Origin: an uncultured archaeon
GTDB lineage: Archaea > Asgardarchaeota > Lokiarchaeia > Sigyniarchaeales > SOKP01
DNA: 35,431 nucleotides
Direction: 5' to 3'
NCBI GenBank assembly: GCA_964388035.1
Contig: CAYLZE010000027.1
Span: forward strand, 14,414-49,844
In this document: positions 10,126-19,854 of the stretch, piece by piece
Position numbering within the stretch: the first letter of the stretch is position 1
Layout of the letters: the number at the start of each line of letters is the position of its first letter
Notes under the pieces: model-generated
What the model was told of the DNA's origin: nothing
The model's database searches: none
Seen by the model: the letters and a program-made list of their open reading frames with translations, nothing else
Translations under genes and position numbers: made by a program

Positions 10126-10320
10126 TCCTTAATTACTTTCCTCAATAATTCCAATAAAGAAAAAACAATTAGATACCAATATGATTAATCTTCATTTTTT
10201 ATTTAATTTAATTATAATACCAAAAAGGTATCTCCATTGATGAATTAACACATCGTATTAAGTAATTCTCAGGATTAAGGAAGACTTTTAAATAATAACT
10301 AAAATGAGGCCATAAACACT

Positions 10321-11400
10321 TTAATGAAAGATAAAAACAATCAAAAATAGTATTGTTGCAGATATAACAGGAAAAAGTAGATTGTCATCAATAGGTAAAT
10401 CTAAATAATCTATGAATCCGATTATTAAAGCACCGAATAAAGGAAATAGAATAATCTCTAGGGTTATTAATGTATAGAAAGGTTGGAGATTTATAAGAAG
10501 AATCACTCCTGAAATAAATCCAATAATAATCTCCGAAATTAACCCTTGATATGTTTTGCTAGTGTTTCTGATGTAATTTTTACCAAATCTTCTACCAATT
10601 AAATTAGCACTCATGTCTCCAAAAATAGAAATGGTCATGGATAAGCAAATAACCATTGGACCAATAGGTTGAATCAAGCCAAAAAGTAAGATTATCGAAA
10701 AACAACCAATAGCCATGGAAATCTGAGGCCCTACTCGCGAATGTAATTCGTTTTCTCTTAAAATCTTATTTACGGGTTTTAATGGATAAAGATTTGGTCT
10801 TAAGATTCTTGAAAAATCGGCAGTTAACAAACCAATTGTTGAAATCCCTACCAAAAACACCACCAGGAATTGAGTAAAGATCATTACATCTTTCTCCATG
10901 CTAAAAAGTGAATGAAATAAATCGTATACACTAACTGGAAAATAACTCAAAATTGTATAGAAAAAATTTTGAATGAGGAAGCCTAGTGTAAAATAGAAAA
11001 AAATAATACCTAATACCACCAAGTGAGTTAATTTCCTAATAATTTCATATCTATAGGATAATTCTTTTCCAACTTCTTCTTTTTCATCCATTTGGTTTTT
11101 ATACTTTTTAATTTTCCTTTTTTCATTTAACATGCTCAAATAAAAACACGGTAAAAAAATAATAATAAAAAAGGTCATTAAGATATCAAAAGGAAAAACG
11201 ATTAGGTCTCTATGTAAAGGATTTAAAAATCTCGTGTTTAATAGATTGATTGAGAGCGAAATCGCTAAAACAATGGAATTTGATACATTATTTATAAACG
11301 CTCCTTTATTTCCACGTTTCTTTGCTAAATATGAAATGTAAAACAGTATTATATCGTAAAAATATAAAAAACAAACAATAAAAAACGATAAGATGTTCAA
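10321..11400 (-). CDS. CTP-dependent diacylglycerol/polyprenol (dolichol/phytol) kinase family membrane protein
   Basis: EIIRKLTHL, GDMSANLIGRRFGK..KTYQG and IDDNL motifs; start codon uncertain. Confidence 0.85.
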   Translation of the reverse strand: MNILSFFIVCFLYFYDIILFYISYLAKKRGNKGAFINNVSNSIVLAISLSINLLNTRFLNPLHRDLIVFPFDILMTFFIIIFLPCFYLSMLNEKRKIKKYKNQMDEKEEVGKELSYRYEIIRKLTHLVVLGIIFFYFTLGFLIQNFFYTILSYFPVSVYDLFHSLFSMEKDVMIFTQFLVVFLVGISTIGLLTADFSRILRPNLYPLKPVNKILRENELHSRVGPQISMAIGCFSIILLFGLIQPIGPMVICLSMTISIFGDMSANLIGRRFGKNYIRNTSKTYQGLISEIIIGFISGVILLINLQPFYTLITLEIILFPLFGALIIGFIDYLDLPIDDNLLFPVISATILFLIVFIFH

Positions 11401-11602
11401 AACATTCCATACTCGTCCAGTTTGATTAAATAAAGGAGTACTTCAAAAATAAGATTTACTCTATCTTGATATTAAAAAAAATTATTAAGAATTTGAAAAA
11501 GAATTAATAAAGAAATAGTTAAAAAATAATAAAAAGAATAATGTTGTAAGCAGTTCAAATTTCTTTCATTATTTTTTCTTTAAATTTCTCCTCTATCAGG
11601 AA

Positions 11603-13018
11603 TTAGAATTTAGATTCGTCAATAACAGGCATGGAAGGGGAACTTAATGCTCGTTCGATCTCCTCATCGGGCAATTCATAATCTTTCAGTTCTCCCGTCA
11701 TTCTTTCCTTATAAGCCAAGAGATCAAAGTATCCATGACCGCTAAAGTTGAAAACTATGACTTTTTTCTCGGAATTTTCTTTGGCTTTTAAGGCTTGATC
11801 TATTGCTTCCTTGATTGCATGAGCCGCTTCTGGGGCGGGAAGTATCCCTTCTGTTTTTGCAAAAGTAAGACCTGCGTCAATTACTTCTGTCTGATGATGC
11901 ATTGTAGCTTTAAGGATCTTATTATTATAAAGATTTGAAATGATTGGGGCGATTCCATGATAACGTAATCCTCCTGCATGAATTGGGCTTGGTATAAAAT
12001 CATGACCAAGCGTATGCATTTTTAAAATCGGAGCTTTTTTCGCGGTGTCACCAAAATCCCATCGATATTGTCCTTTACAAACGCTAGGACAAGCTCTTGG
12101 TTCTACGCCTATGATTTCCACATCCGGGAGCTTTCCCTGAATTTTATCGCGGGCAAAAGGGATCATGAACCCACCAAAATTTGATCCACCGCCCATACAT
12201 CCAATTAATATATCAGGTTCTGTAATTCCCGCTTTTTGTAATTGAATTTTGGTCTCTTGCCCTATAATAGATTGATGTAGTAGGACAAAATTCACTACAC
12301 TTCCAAGAGAATATCTTATTTTATCACTCCTTAAACTATGCTCCACGGCCTCAGAAATGGCAATTCCTAAACTCCCAGGATGCTCGGGGTCTTTCTCATA
12401 AAATGTTCTTCCTGAGTCAGTGAATCTTGATGGACTGGCATGAACTTCAGCATTATACGCTCTCATCAGTATTTTTCGACCCGGTTTTTGTTCAAAACTT
12501 GCTCGAACCATATAAACAGTACATTTCATGCCAAATAGATTACATCCAAAAGACAATCCCGACCCCCATTGTCCTGCGCCTGTTTCAGTTACGAGTTCTT
12601 CAATGCCTTGTTTTTTTGCATAATAAGCTTGAGCAAGCGCCGTGTTCGGTTTATGAGAGCCTGTTGGAGAAACTGATTCATTTTTATAAAATATTTTGAT
12701 ATCATCTCCTTCAATGCCCAACGCTTTTTCAAGACCTAATGCTCTGTGTAGTGGAGTGGGACGGTAGCTTCTGGCATAAATCTCCCTTAATTCCTTGGGA
12801 ATGGGAATGAACGGGTCACTTGAAACATCTTGCTTCACGCATTCTTCCGGAAAAATGGCGCATGCCATCTCAAAAGGTGCGGGTCTCCCATCCATGGGAT
12901 TAATTAAGGGCGTCATTGGTGTGGGTAAATCAGGTAAGATGTTTACCCATTCTTTGGGAACTTCATTTGGTTCCAATAAAATCCTTGCATTAAAATTGTT
13001 TTCCATTTTTTTTACCAT
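11603..13018 (-). CDS. trpB2: TrpB-like PLP-dependent enzyme (TrpB2, stand-alone tryptophan synthase beta/indole salvage type)
   Basis: RPTPLHRA, SPTGSHKPN (PLP lysine), TETGAGQWG, GSLGIAISEA, GGGSNFGG, IHAGGLRYHG and FNFSGHG motifs; no adjacent trpA. Confidence 0.96.
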   Translation of the reverse strand: MVKKMENNFNARILLEPNEVPKEWVNILPDLPTPMTPLINPMDGRPAPFEMACAIFPEECVKQDVSSDPFIPIPKELREIYARSYRPTPLHRALGLEKALGIEGDDIKIFYKNESVSPTGSHKPNTALAQAYYAKKQGIEELVTETGAGQWGSGLSFGCNLFGMKCTVYMVRASFEQKPGRKILMRAYNAEVHASPSRFTDSGRTFYEKDPEHPGSLGIAISEAVEHSLRSDKIRYSLGSVVNFVLLHQSIIGQETKIQLQKAGITEPDILIGCMGGGSNFGGFMIPFARDKIQGKLPDVEIIGVEPRACPSVCKGQYRWDFGDTAKKAPILKMHTLGHDFIPSPIHAGGLRYHGIAPIISNLYNNKILKATMHHQTEVIDAGLTFAKTEGILPAPEAAHAIKEAIDQALKAKENSEKKVIVFNFSGHGYFDLLAYKERMTGELKDYELPDEEIERALSSPSMPVIDESKF

Positions 13019-13130
13019 TTATAATTTAACTCAAAATTTATACGTGTTTCATGCAAAATATTGGAATTCAATATTAATATGCACGAAATTAAGAGAAATA
13101 GTCTAAGCTTCCAAAATTTAAAATATTTAT

Positions 13131-13140
13131 AAAACAAAAA
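13131..13140 (-). terminator. Oligo-T tract (TTTTTGTTTT) in the trpB2 leader; candidate premature terminator
   Basis: Lies about 40 nt after the leader stop, at the base of the predicted leader hairpin. Archaeal termination uses U-tracts. Confidence 0.45.
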
Positions 13141-13178
13141 GCTAAGATGATTTGGTTAATCCAGTGAGTGCGCGTTCT

Positions 13179-13229
13179 CTAACGCCACAGCCAATGCCAA
13201 GCCCAAGAATGTAATTTTAAGGTTGACAC
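13179..13229 (-). CDS. Trp-rich leader peptide MSTLKLHSWAWHWLWR upstream of trpB2
   Basis: Minus strand reads GTG TCA ACC TTA AAA TTA CAT TCT TGG GCT TGG CAT TGG CTG TGG CGT TAG; alternative in-frame TTG start at 13238. Four TGG codons in seven positions, same strand as trpB2. Confidence 0.8.
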   Translation of the reverse strand: MSTLKLHSWAWHWLWR

Positions 13230-13278
13230 TTTTATCAAACCAAATATGATAGTTAATGTTATGTAAAAAACTAAATAG

Positions 13279-13286
13279 TATAAAAA
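13279..13286 (-). promoter_or_regulatory. Candidate TATA box (TTTTTATA) for the leader-trpB2 transcript
   Basis: Implies a start site near 13254, 16-25 nt before the leader start codons. The AT-rich context weakens this call. Confidence 0.35.
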
Positions 13287-13325
13287 GTTATTGGATAAAA
13301 AGCCATATTATCGTATAAAACTTGC

Positions 13326-13733
13326 TCAGACCGTTCCTTCAAAAATTTTTCTTAAATTATTGGCTGCAACTCTCATTACTTTAACAGTTTTCATCATTGT
13401 ATCAATAGCAGTTCCCGCACACATGAGTACGAGTTTTCCTGCATTACTAATCACGATATATCCATTTTCTGCTCTCACAATTATTTCATTAATATCTTCT
13501 TGGAATAATGTTTGGATAGTAGATCTTGCAGTCAATAATACTGCCGATATTTGACCACAGAATTGGTCTGAGTCCACGTTATATTGAGGTAGACTAGAAA
13601 ATGCAATTTGATACCCTTCGAAACTAACTAATGCAATTGCCTCAATTTCAGCATTCGCTGTAATGAAGGTAATCTGGGGGCTAATTTTCTGAATATCTTC
13701 TTCAGTAATCCCTAAATCTGTTCCGAATTCCAT
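13326..13733 (-). CDS. Roadblock/LC7 (MglB-like) domain protein
   Basis: EIEAIALVSFEGYQIA, EIIVRAENGYIVISNAG and alpha-beta-beta-alpha-beta-beta-beta-alpha layout. Confidence 0.9.
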   Translation of the reverse strand: MEFGTDLGITEEDIQKISPQITFITANAEIEAIALVSFEGYQIAFSSLPQYNVDSDQFCGQISAVLLTARSTIQTLFQEDINEIIVRAENGYIVISNAGKLVLMCAGTAIDTMMKTVKVMRVAANNLRKIFEGTV

Positions 13734-13998
13734 TTTATCATCGACTTGTTTGTGTATATTGAATAATAAATCGTTTTAAATATATAGAAATAATGAATAA
13801 AACCATATTTATATTTTTTTATAATCATTAATCACAAATAATATAAAATAAGAGCAAATGCTAATCACAAATATCTGTTTTCTAGAGAGTTAAAAATAAA
13901 AACTATACTTTTCATATAAATTATGTTATTATCATCTTTAACTGCTAAAACCTTCATTTAGCGTAAAAAAGTATATTCATTATACCAAGGAAAAAATT

Positions 13999-16296
13999 AT
14001 GATTACTACTAGAGAATCACTTGAATTTCAATTTTCATTGATTTATGTTTATGCGTCCACTAAGAATGAGGATGTAATTGTAGGAGACGTTATAGGCCCG
14101 GGAAAACTGACTAGACAAAAGGTAAAAGAACTATCCTTTGATGTTATCAAATTTTTACGGATGTATAATGCCATAATAAGGGATTACTGCGGTTCAGAGG
14201 TATTTTCAGTAGAATTTGAACTCTATAATTTAACCAAATTGAATGTACCTTTTCCAAAATCAATGATACTAATTCCAGGAAGATATAAAGATTGTGAAAG
14301 TTTATTGCTTGCTTTAAAACCCGAGACGGGTTACATGAATATGCATAAATCGCGATCTTCCGTTGATAAAATAAGCACCCTCTTTTTCGAAGTAGAAGAA
14401 TTTACTGAACATCCGGATCTTAACTTGAGTGAAAAGGAATTATTTCTTAGTAAATTCGCCTCTCGATTTGCCACAAAATTGTATGGTGATCTTCTTGAAA
14501 ATAAATGGAATAAAAAATTAATTGGATTAAATGAATCTCTTCCTACAGAAAACGAAATGTTGAATAAATTCATTGATGTGACTTCAAAGTACGAGATCCA
14601 ATGGACAGAGAGACCCCCCAAGATAATTCTCAAGGACCATCAGTACCGAAACATACCAGCTCCCTTTGAAGGTAAAAGGGAAATAGAACATCTAAAATAT
14701 AGGATTTCTGAACCAAGTGCCAATTTTATTGTGGAAAAAACGCTTCAATTGGCCATGGATTTATTTAATTTAGCAAATACAGGGACTATTGATGAAACCA
14801 AAGAACAACTCGTACTTTTTATTGAAACAGAATTAAAAAGTAAATTGAAACCTCTTAAAGGGTATTTTAATGGGAATGAATTCATAAGAAAAATTAATGA
14901 TTTACTAAAATTCATGGAATCATATTTTAGGAATTTTCTCAATTTTTCCAGAGATTTTCTAACAACAGGAGAGATGGGAGATATTTCAACTCTATTAGAG
15001 ATATATAAAACCTATATTTGTGAGAAAGGTATTACATGTAATGAAGAATATAAGGATTTATGTGATATTGCTATTAACTACTTTTCTCAATCAATTATTC
15101 AAAAAGAAAATCTGCGAGCTATAGACTTAAGCTCGGGAGTTAATTATTTTTCAGAACTTATAAAGAATAGCCTCACTTTAATTCAAAAAGCTTTACCAAA
15201 ATATCTTGCGCGCAAAAAAATAGCCGAATTAATGCACGTCTTCATAACAAATTTAAAAAAAGAACTAGACAAAGAGCAAAAACCAGCAAGAATTCTTGGA
15301 TATAAATTCATTGAAAATTATCAGAATTTTCTTAATAATATCATTGAAATTCATCCTTCCCTAACAACAACCTTTACATTTTATGATGATAAAACCTTGA
15401 ATGATACCTTTTATGAAATATTAAATGACCATTTAGATGAGTTCTTTGATAGTTTTGCATTAAATATAAGCGATATCATCTCCTTCGCTGAAGAGGAGAT
15501 GGAAAAAGATTCAGATGCCATAAAGGAGCATATTCACAAATTCAAGAGATTCAATGCTGAAATCCCATTTCTCCTCAGCTATATCTTAAGATTTTCAACT
15601 ATGAATCGTTTCTTAAAATCACATTCTAATGAAGATCTCATCTATGCAGAACCTTTTTTTCATAATTTTACTCGGTTTTTAGAAAAAAGAATGGGAGGCA
15701 TCAATTTAGTTTGGAATAAATATATGTTAGAATGGATTGATGATTTTATAGAAAAAAAGCTGAAAGAGGAGAACGAAATAAAGTCGAGTTTTAAAGAGAA
15801 TTATGAACAATTCATTAATTATTTGGAATTGAGAGAAGCATATGAATTAAAAGTTGAGAACTTTTTAGATTTCTTAAATATTTACATTGCTAAAATAGAA
15901 GATCCCGTTCAAAAGCCGCAATTATTAGATTTTTTTAAGCAATATGAGTTCTGCTTGGACATTAAGGAAGAATTTCCCAATTATTTAAAATCGAAGATTA
16001 AAAGAGAAATTGAAGCTTTCAACCTTAACAGTGAGCCTAATCCCCCTCTTTCGTTTTTTTCCATAGAAAATGGAGATTCTTTCATGACATATCTTCGAGA
16101 AACAGAATTAAAATATTTTTCTAAATTAATTCCTCGTCCTAAAATAATAATATTGAAACATAATTTGACAACTGATGAAAAAGAGGTATTTAATGGGGAT
16201 TTATTCCATGTTTTTAATTTTAAATTTTTAAAAAAAGTCGTAGAACTAGAAGTAGGCAATAATTTTAAAAAAGTATTCAGAGAGTGGGAGATTTAG
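13999..16296 (+). CDS. Large hypothetical protein (765 aa), alpha/beta N-terminus and helical body
   Basis: Long uninterrupted ORF; no recognisable catalytic motif or TM segment. Confidence 0.8.
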   Translation: MITTRESLEFQFSLIYVYASTKNEDVIVGDVIGPGKLTRQKVKELSFDVIKFLRMYNAIIRDYCGSEVFSVEFELYNLTKLNVPFPKSMILIPGRYKDCESLLLALKPETGYMNMHKSRSSVDKISTLFFEVEEFTEHPDLNLSEKELFLSKFASRFATKLYGDLLENKWNKKLIGLNESLPTENEMLNKFIDVTSKYEIQWTERPPKIILKDHQYRNIPAPFEGKREIEHLKYRISEPSANFIVEKTLQLAMDLFNLANTGTIDETKEQLVLFIETELKSKLKPLKGYFNGNEFIRKINDLLKFMESYFRNFLNFSRDFLTTGEMGDISTLLEIYKTYICEKGITCNEEYKDLCDIAINYFSQSIIQKENLRAIDLSSGVNYFSELIKNSLTLIQKALPKYLARKKIAELMHVFITNLKKELDKEQKPARILGYKFIENYQNFLNNIIEIHPSLTTTFTFYDDKTLNDTFYEILNDHLDEFFDSFALNISDIISFAEEEMEKDSDAIKEHIHKFKRFNAEIPFLLSYILRFSTMNRFLKSHSNEDLIYAEPFFHNFTRFLEKRMGGINLVWNKYMLEWIDDFIEKKLKEENEIKSSFKENYEQFINYLELREAYELKVENFLDFLNIYIAKIEDPVQKPQLLDFFKQYEFCLDIKEEFPNYLKSKIKREIEAFNLNSEPNPPLSFFSIENGDSFMTYLRETELKYFSKLIPRPKIIILKHNLTTDEKEVFNGDLFHVFNFKFLKKVVELEVGNNFKKVFREWEI

Positions 16297-16368
16297 CTAT
16301 TTACGTGACTCCTTTCTCTCTTTAGAAATTGAAATATTTTAAAAATAAAGCAAAAGGGTGTTAAAATT

Positions 16369-18762
16369 ATGATAAGTGGAGTGAAACGTAAAAAAACTGC
16401 AATTGAAACAACTTTTCGTTTTTTCCAAACAATTGACCTTCTAATATCTCACTTTAAAAGAGAAGCGGATAAAGAAAAAATTTTTGAACTTACTACCAAA
16501 AATACTACTCTAGAAGGTATCTTAATCGCTACAGCTGCCGTGCATCTCTACCATAATTTAGGGATCCGTGTAAAAGATACCTTAAAAAAGGATGTAACTT
16601 CTGTAGAATCTACCAGAAAATTAGAATTTGCGGAAAAGTCGCTCTTACTGGAAGAATTGAATAGTTTATTGAAAGATTCATTCAATTTAGAAACGGAACT
16701 CTTGTTCAAAAAAATAGATATTGAAAATAAATTTTTAGAATTATTATTAAAGGAAAGGGAACCAGATTTGCAGAATTTACAAAAAGAAGAATTAATTAAA
16801 TCTATTGATATGTATCTCGAAGAGGAATTATTAGAAATGGTTCGCTCTTATCCTCTATTTTGTTTTTATGATCTTATCAGTGATTTATTGGGATTAACGA
16901 ATGATATTAAATCGATGATATTAGATGAAAGTGCTTCCATGAAAGAAATATCAATCGAAATTGAGGAAAAATTGAAGAGAAAAGAAAAAGAAGACAAATA
17001 TATCGAACTTTCTACCTTAAATCGATTACAACAAAAAATTCAAGAAGAATATGAGTTCCATTCTCACAAGGAATTACAAACGCAAGCTATGCCTGTAAGA
17101 ATGTTAAAGAGAAAAATATTTACTTATCATTTAGAAAAATATCCCATTTCAATTCATGGTTTAAAAGCTCATATTACAGGAAATGAACTCCGGAAGGAAT
17201 TAATATCGAGAATAAAGGAAGTTCTTTTTACTAATATTAATTATGATGAATTCGAACAAGCCATGCTGAAGTTTTTGATAGAGAATTTCACGGAGAAATT
17301 AAAAGCAACCCCAAATGATTTCATTTACTTTTTACAAGCTCTTTCTGAGCGTGATTTTAGCGATATTATCTTCACCCTAAACAAATTTGGAATTTATAAC
17401 ATCTCTCAAATGATGAATATGAATGAGGATTTATCAAGACAAGTCAATCAAAATATGATTCGGTATAATATTAATAAATTTGATATCATGAACTTGAATG
17501 ATCCAAAGAAAAATCAGATATATCTAGTTAAAAAAGTAATTTATGAATTAGACTTGCCTGCCTTGAAGAAATCCCTCAATATTAATGATACAATTACCGA
17601 CTTAGATTTTGAGAAATTATTAAATCAAGATAATACTGATCATCAAACATTATGGAATTTGATACAAAAGAAAATTCAATTAGAAAAAAATGAAATTAGA
17701 GAAGCTTTCAGGAAAAAGAAAATTATAGATAATATATTTTTAGAAAAGTTAAAGTTAAAAAATTACAGCCAAATCCTTTTATTACTCAATTTTAGTGATA
17801 TTTTGGAGAATATCTCAAAAGAAATTTTTTATCTAATCCTTTCTAAAATTTTAAGACAATTAAGTAGGATTATTGAACTTTACGTGAAAATCACAAACGA
17901 CAAGGCGCTCTATTTATTAGGTCTTAAAAAAATCTCGGGACTAACAGAGACGGAAGATTGGGTAAAAATTAAACTCGAAGAGTTATTAATAAATCGAGTT
18001 TTCGAAAGGCAAAAGGAATTAATTATTGTGTTGAATGCTGATAATAAACCCTTTTTAGTGAATGGATTCATACTATCTCGATTAATCGATATACCCTTAA
18101 AAGCTAGCATGGCTGAGCTACAAAACGTACCCAGTCCCTTATATGAAGGAATTAAACCTATAACCCTGCAAGCGGAATTTATTTCACCGAGTTCTTATTG
18201 CATGGCTTATGATTTGATAAAAAGATTTGAAACCTTTGAAGGAAAGAGAAAAAAAGAAGTAGAGAAAATAGTTGAAAAAGAAGTTGAAAAAAAGGAACAA
18301 AAGAAGGTGGAGATACGTAAATTACAACAAGAAAGCGCATTCAATTGGATTGAACGAAGAATTACTTCTTCACTAATGAGAATAAATAGCCCCGGAATCA
18401 ATCCTACCCTCCTTTATTGGCAAGAGAATGATACTAAAATAGCCTCAGATAATATTAAACTGTTTAGTGAAAAAGATGGAAATTCTCTCGATTTGTTCCT
18501 AGAATATTTCTTCTTTGTTTTGGATAAATTAGAAATTCATGCGCCCGACGTGGACTTCCCTAATGAAGAAACAGTTACAACTTTCACGGAAAATGTAGTT
18601 AAAAACGTGATCTCTCAAAGAATTAACCATGCCCCAAATAGCACGGAAATAAATAATATGCTAGAAGGAGAGAGATTCGAAATCTCCAAACAATTGGCAA
18701 AAAAGATCGGAGATTATCTTAACAAGGCGCTTTATACGAAATTTAAAAATAAAAAAAGATAA
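16369..18762 (+). CDS. Large hypothetical helical/coiled-coil protein (797 aa)
   Basis: Long ORF with a charged coiled-coil segment (KRKKEVEKIVEKEVEKKEQKKVEIRKLQQE); no known motif. Confidence 0.8.
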   Translation: MISGVKRKKTAIETTFRFFQTIDLLISHFKREADKEKIFELTTKNTTLEGILIATAAVHLYHNLGIRVKDTLKKDVTSVESTRKLEFAEKSLLLEELNSLLKDSFNLETELLFKKIDIENKFLELLLKEREPDLQNLQKEELIKSIDMYLEEELLEMVRSYPLFCFYDLISDLLGLTNDIKSMILDESASMKEISIEIEEKLKRKEKEDKYIELSTLNRLQQKIQEEYEFHSHKELQTQAMPVRMLKRKIFTYHLEKYPISIHGLKAHITGNELRKELISRIKEVLFTNINYDEFEQAMLKFLIENFTEKLKATPNDFIYFLQALSERDFSDIIFTLNKFGIYNISQMMNMNEDLSRQVNQNMIRYNINKFDIMNLNDPKKNQIYLVKKVIYELDLPALKKSLNINDTITDLDFEKLLNQDNTDHQTLWNLIQKKIQLEKNEIREAFRKKKIIDNIFLEKLKLKNYSQILLLLNFSDILENISKEIFYLILSKILRQLSRIIELYVKITNDKALYLLGLKKISGLTETEDWVKIKLEELLINRVFERQKELIIVLNADNKPFLVNGFILSRLIDIPLKASMAELQNVPSPLYEGIKPITLQAEFISPSSYCMAYDLIKRFETFEGKRKKEVEKIVEKEVEKKEQKKVEIRKLQQESAFNWIERRITSSLMRINSPGINPTLLYWQENDTKIASDNIKLFSEKDGNSLDLFLEYFFFVLDKLEIHAPDVDFPNEETVTTFTENVVKNVISQRINHAPNSTEINNMLEGERFEISKQLAKKIGDYLNKALYTKFKNKKR

Positions 18763-18841
18763 TTAATAATTTCTTTGAATAGCAATAAATTTTTAAAATT
18801 TTGAAATATTAACAAGAATAACTATCAATTGTAAGTGGATC

Positions 18842-19105
18842 ATGGCTTCTATACTCTTGTGGATTAGAAAAAGATTCAGTAATATAAAAGATTCTTTTAG
18901 TCTTATTGTGAAAGGTTTATTCTTGTGCATGATAGCTTTGTCCGGGTTTAATTTTGCAATCATATTAAGAATTCTGGAATATAAAGGGTTAATAATTTCG
19001 CTCTATGGAATCTTAATTCAATTTTTTTCAATGATAATTGCATACTTCATATTTAGGAAATATTTTTCGCCCGAACAAAAAGAAGTAGAAGAAACCTATA
19101 AATAA
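18842..19105 (+). CDS. Small 2-TM membrane protein
   Basis: 87 aa with two hydrophobic helices and a charged tail. Confidence 0.6.
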   Translation: MASILLWIRKRFSNIKDSFSLIVKGLFLCMIALSGFNFAIILRILEYKGLIISLYGILIQFFSMIIAYFIFRKYFSPEQKEVEETYK

Positions 19106-19110
19106 TCGCT

Positions 19111-19854
19111 TCATTCTGGAGTTAAAAAATACTCCCACGGTCTATTAATTTTCTGAGATTGTAAGTATTCACCAATCTGCATTAAAGTAGATCTCGGTTC
19201 AAATTCCCACGCCTCATGTTTATTGAAAGATATACAACTAATATTTCTTAAGAAAAAGTTAGATTTGATTAATAAACCATAAGTTGCCACTTGTGGTAAT
19301 GATAAAAGAAAATTACCTTCTGGTTTATAGTCAATCACTTTAACCATGTCATTATCAAATTGAATTAAATCTATATGCCCTGTTAAATAAGAGGATCTGA
19401 ATTTCTTCCAAATGGGAACCTCAATAGCAACCGCATTTTCATCTCGAATTAAGATATTCTTTAACACGGGCCCGTGCCCCGGTGTTTTATAGATTCTATT
19501 CGTCTTATATGTCAAATAGACATTTTGTGCATACTTAGGAAATTTTGATTGGGCATCATGATGCTTAATTATACCGGACCTTATCAATTGCTTGCTCAGA
19601 CTATTAACATATGCTCTTTTTAATCCTGTAATTTTAAAGCGGGAAATTCGAGGAACTTCTCGAGAATTAAAAATCTCTTCGGGAATCTCTCCATTATAAA
19701 TGCGCTTAAAATAAGTCCCTAATATCTTAAATTCTTCATAACTATTTTCCCCTTTGTTAAGAATTTGTTTGTGATGTTTAAGATTCCAGTTAAAGGAATA
19801 ACATATGCGTTGATGATAAAAATCACGTCGTTTTAACATGGTTGACTGCATCAA
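19111..19854 (-). CDS. PD-(D/E)XK nuclease superfamily protein
   Basis: AIEVPIW...TGHIDLIQ...VIDYKP...QVATYG matches the RecB-like E-D-DxK-QxxxY motif series. Confidence 0.85.
   Translation of the reverse strand: MMQSTMLKRRDFYHQRICYSFNWNLKHHKQILNKGENSYEEFKILGTYFKRIYNGEIPEEIFNSREVPRISRFKITGLKRAYVNSLSKQLIRSGIIKHHDAQSKFPKYAQNVYLTYKTNRIYKTPGHGPVLKNILIRDENAVAIEVPIWKKFRSSYLTGHIDLIQFDNDMVKVIDYKPEGNFLLSLPQVATYGLLIKSNFFLRNISCISFNKHEAWEFEPRSTLMQIGEYLQSQKINRPWEYFLTPE

Noticed and set aside
13291-13554. 87-aa hydrophobic plus-strand ORF
   Set aside because: Antisense to the clear Roadblock gene.
19111-19854. Cas4/CRISPR adaptation gene
   Set aside because: No Fe-S cysteine cluster, no cas genes and no repeat-spacer array anywhere in the window.
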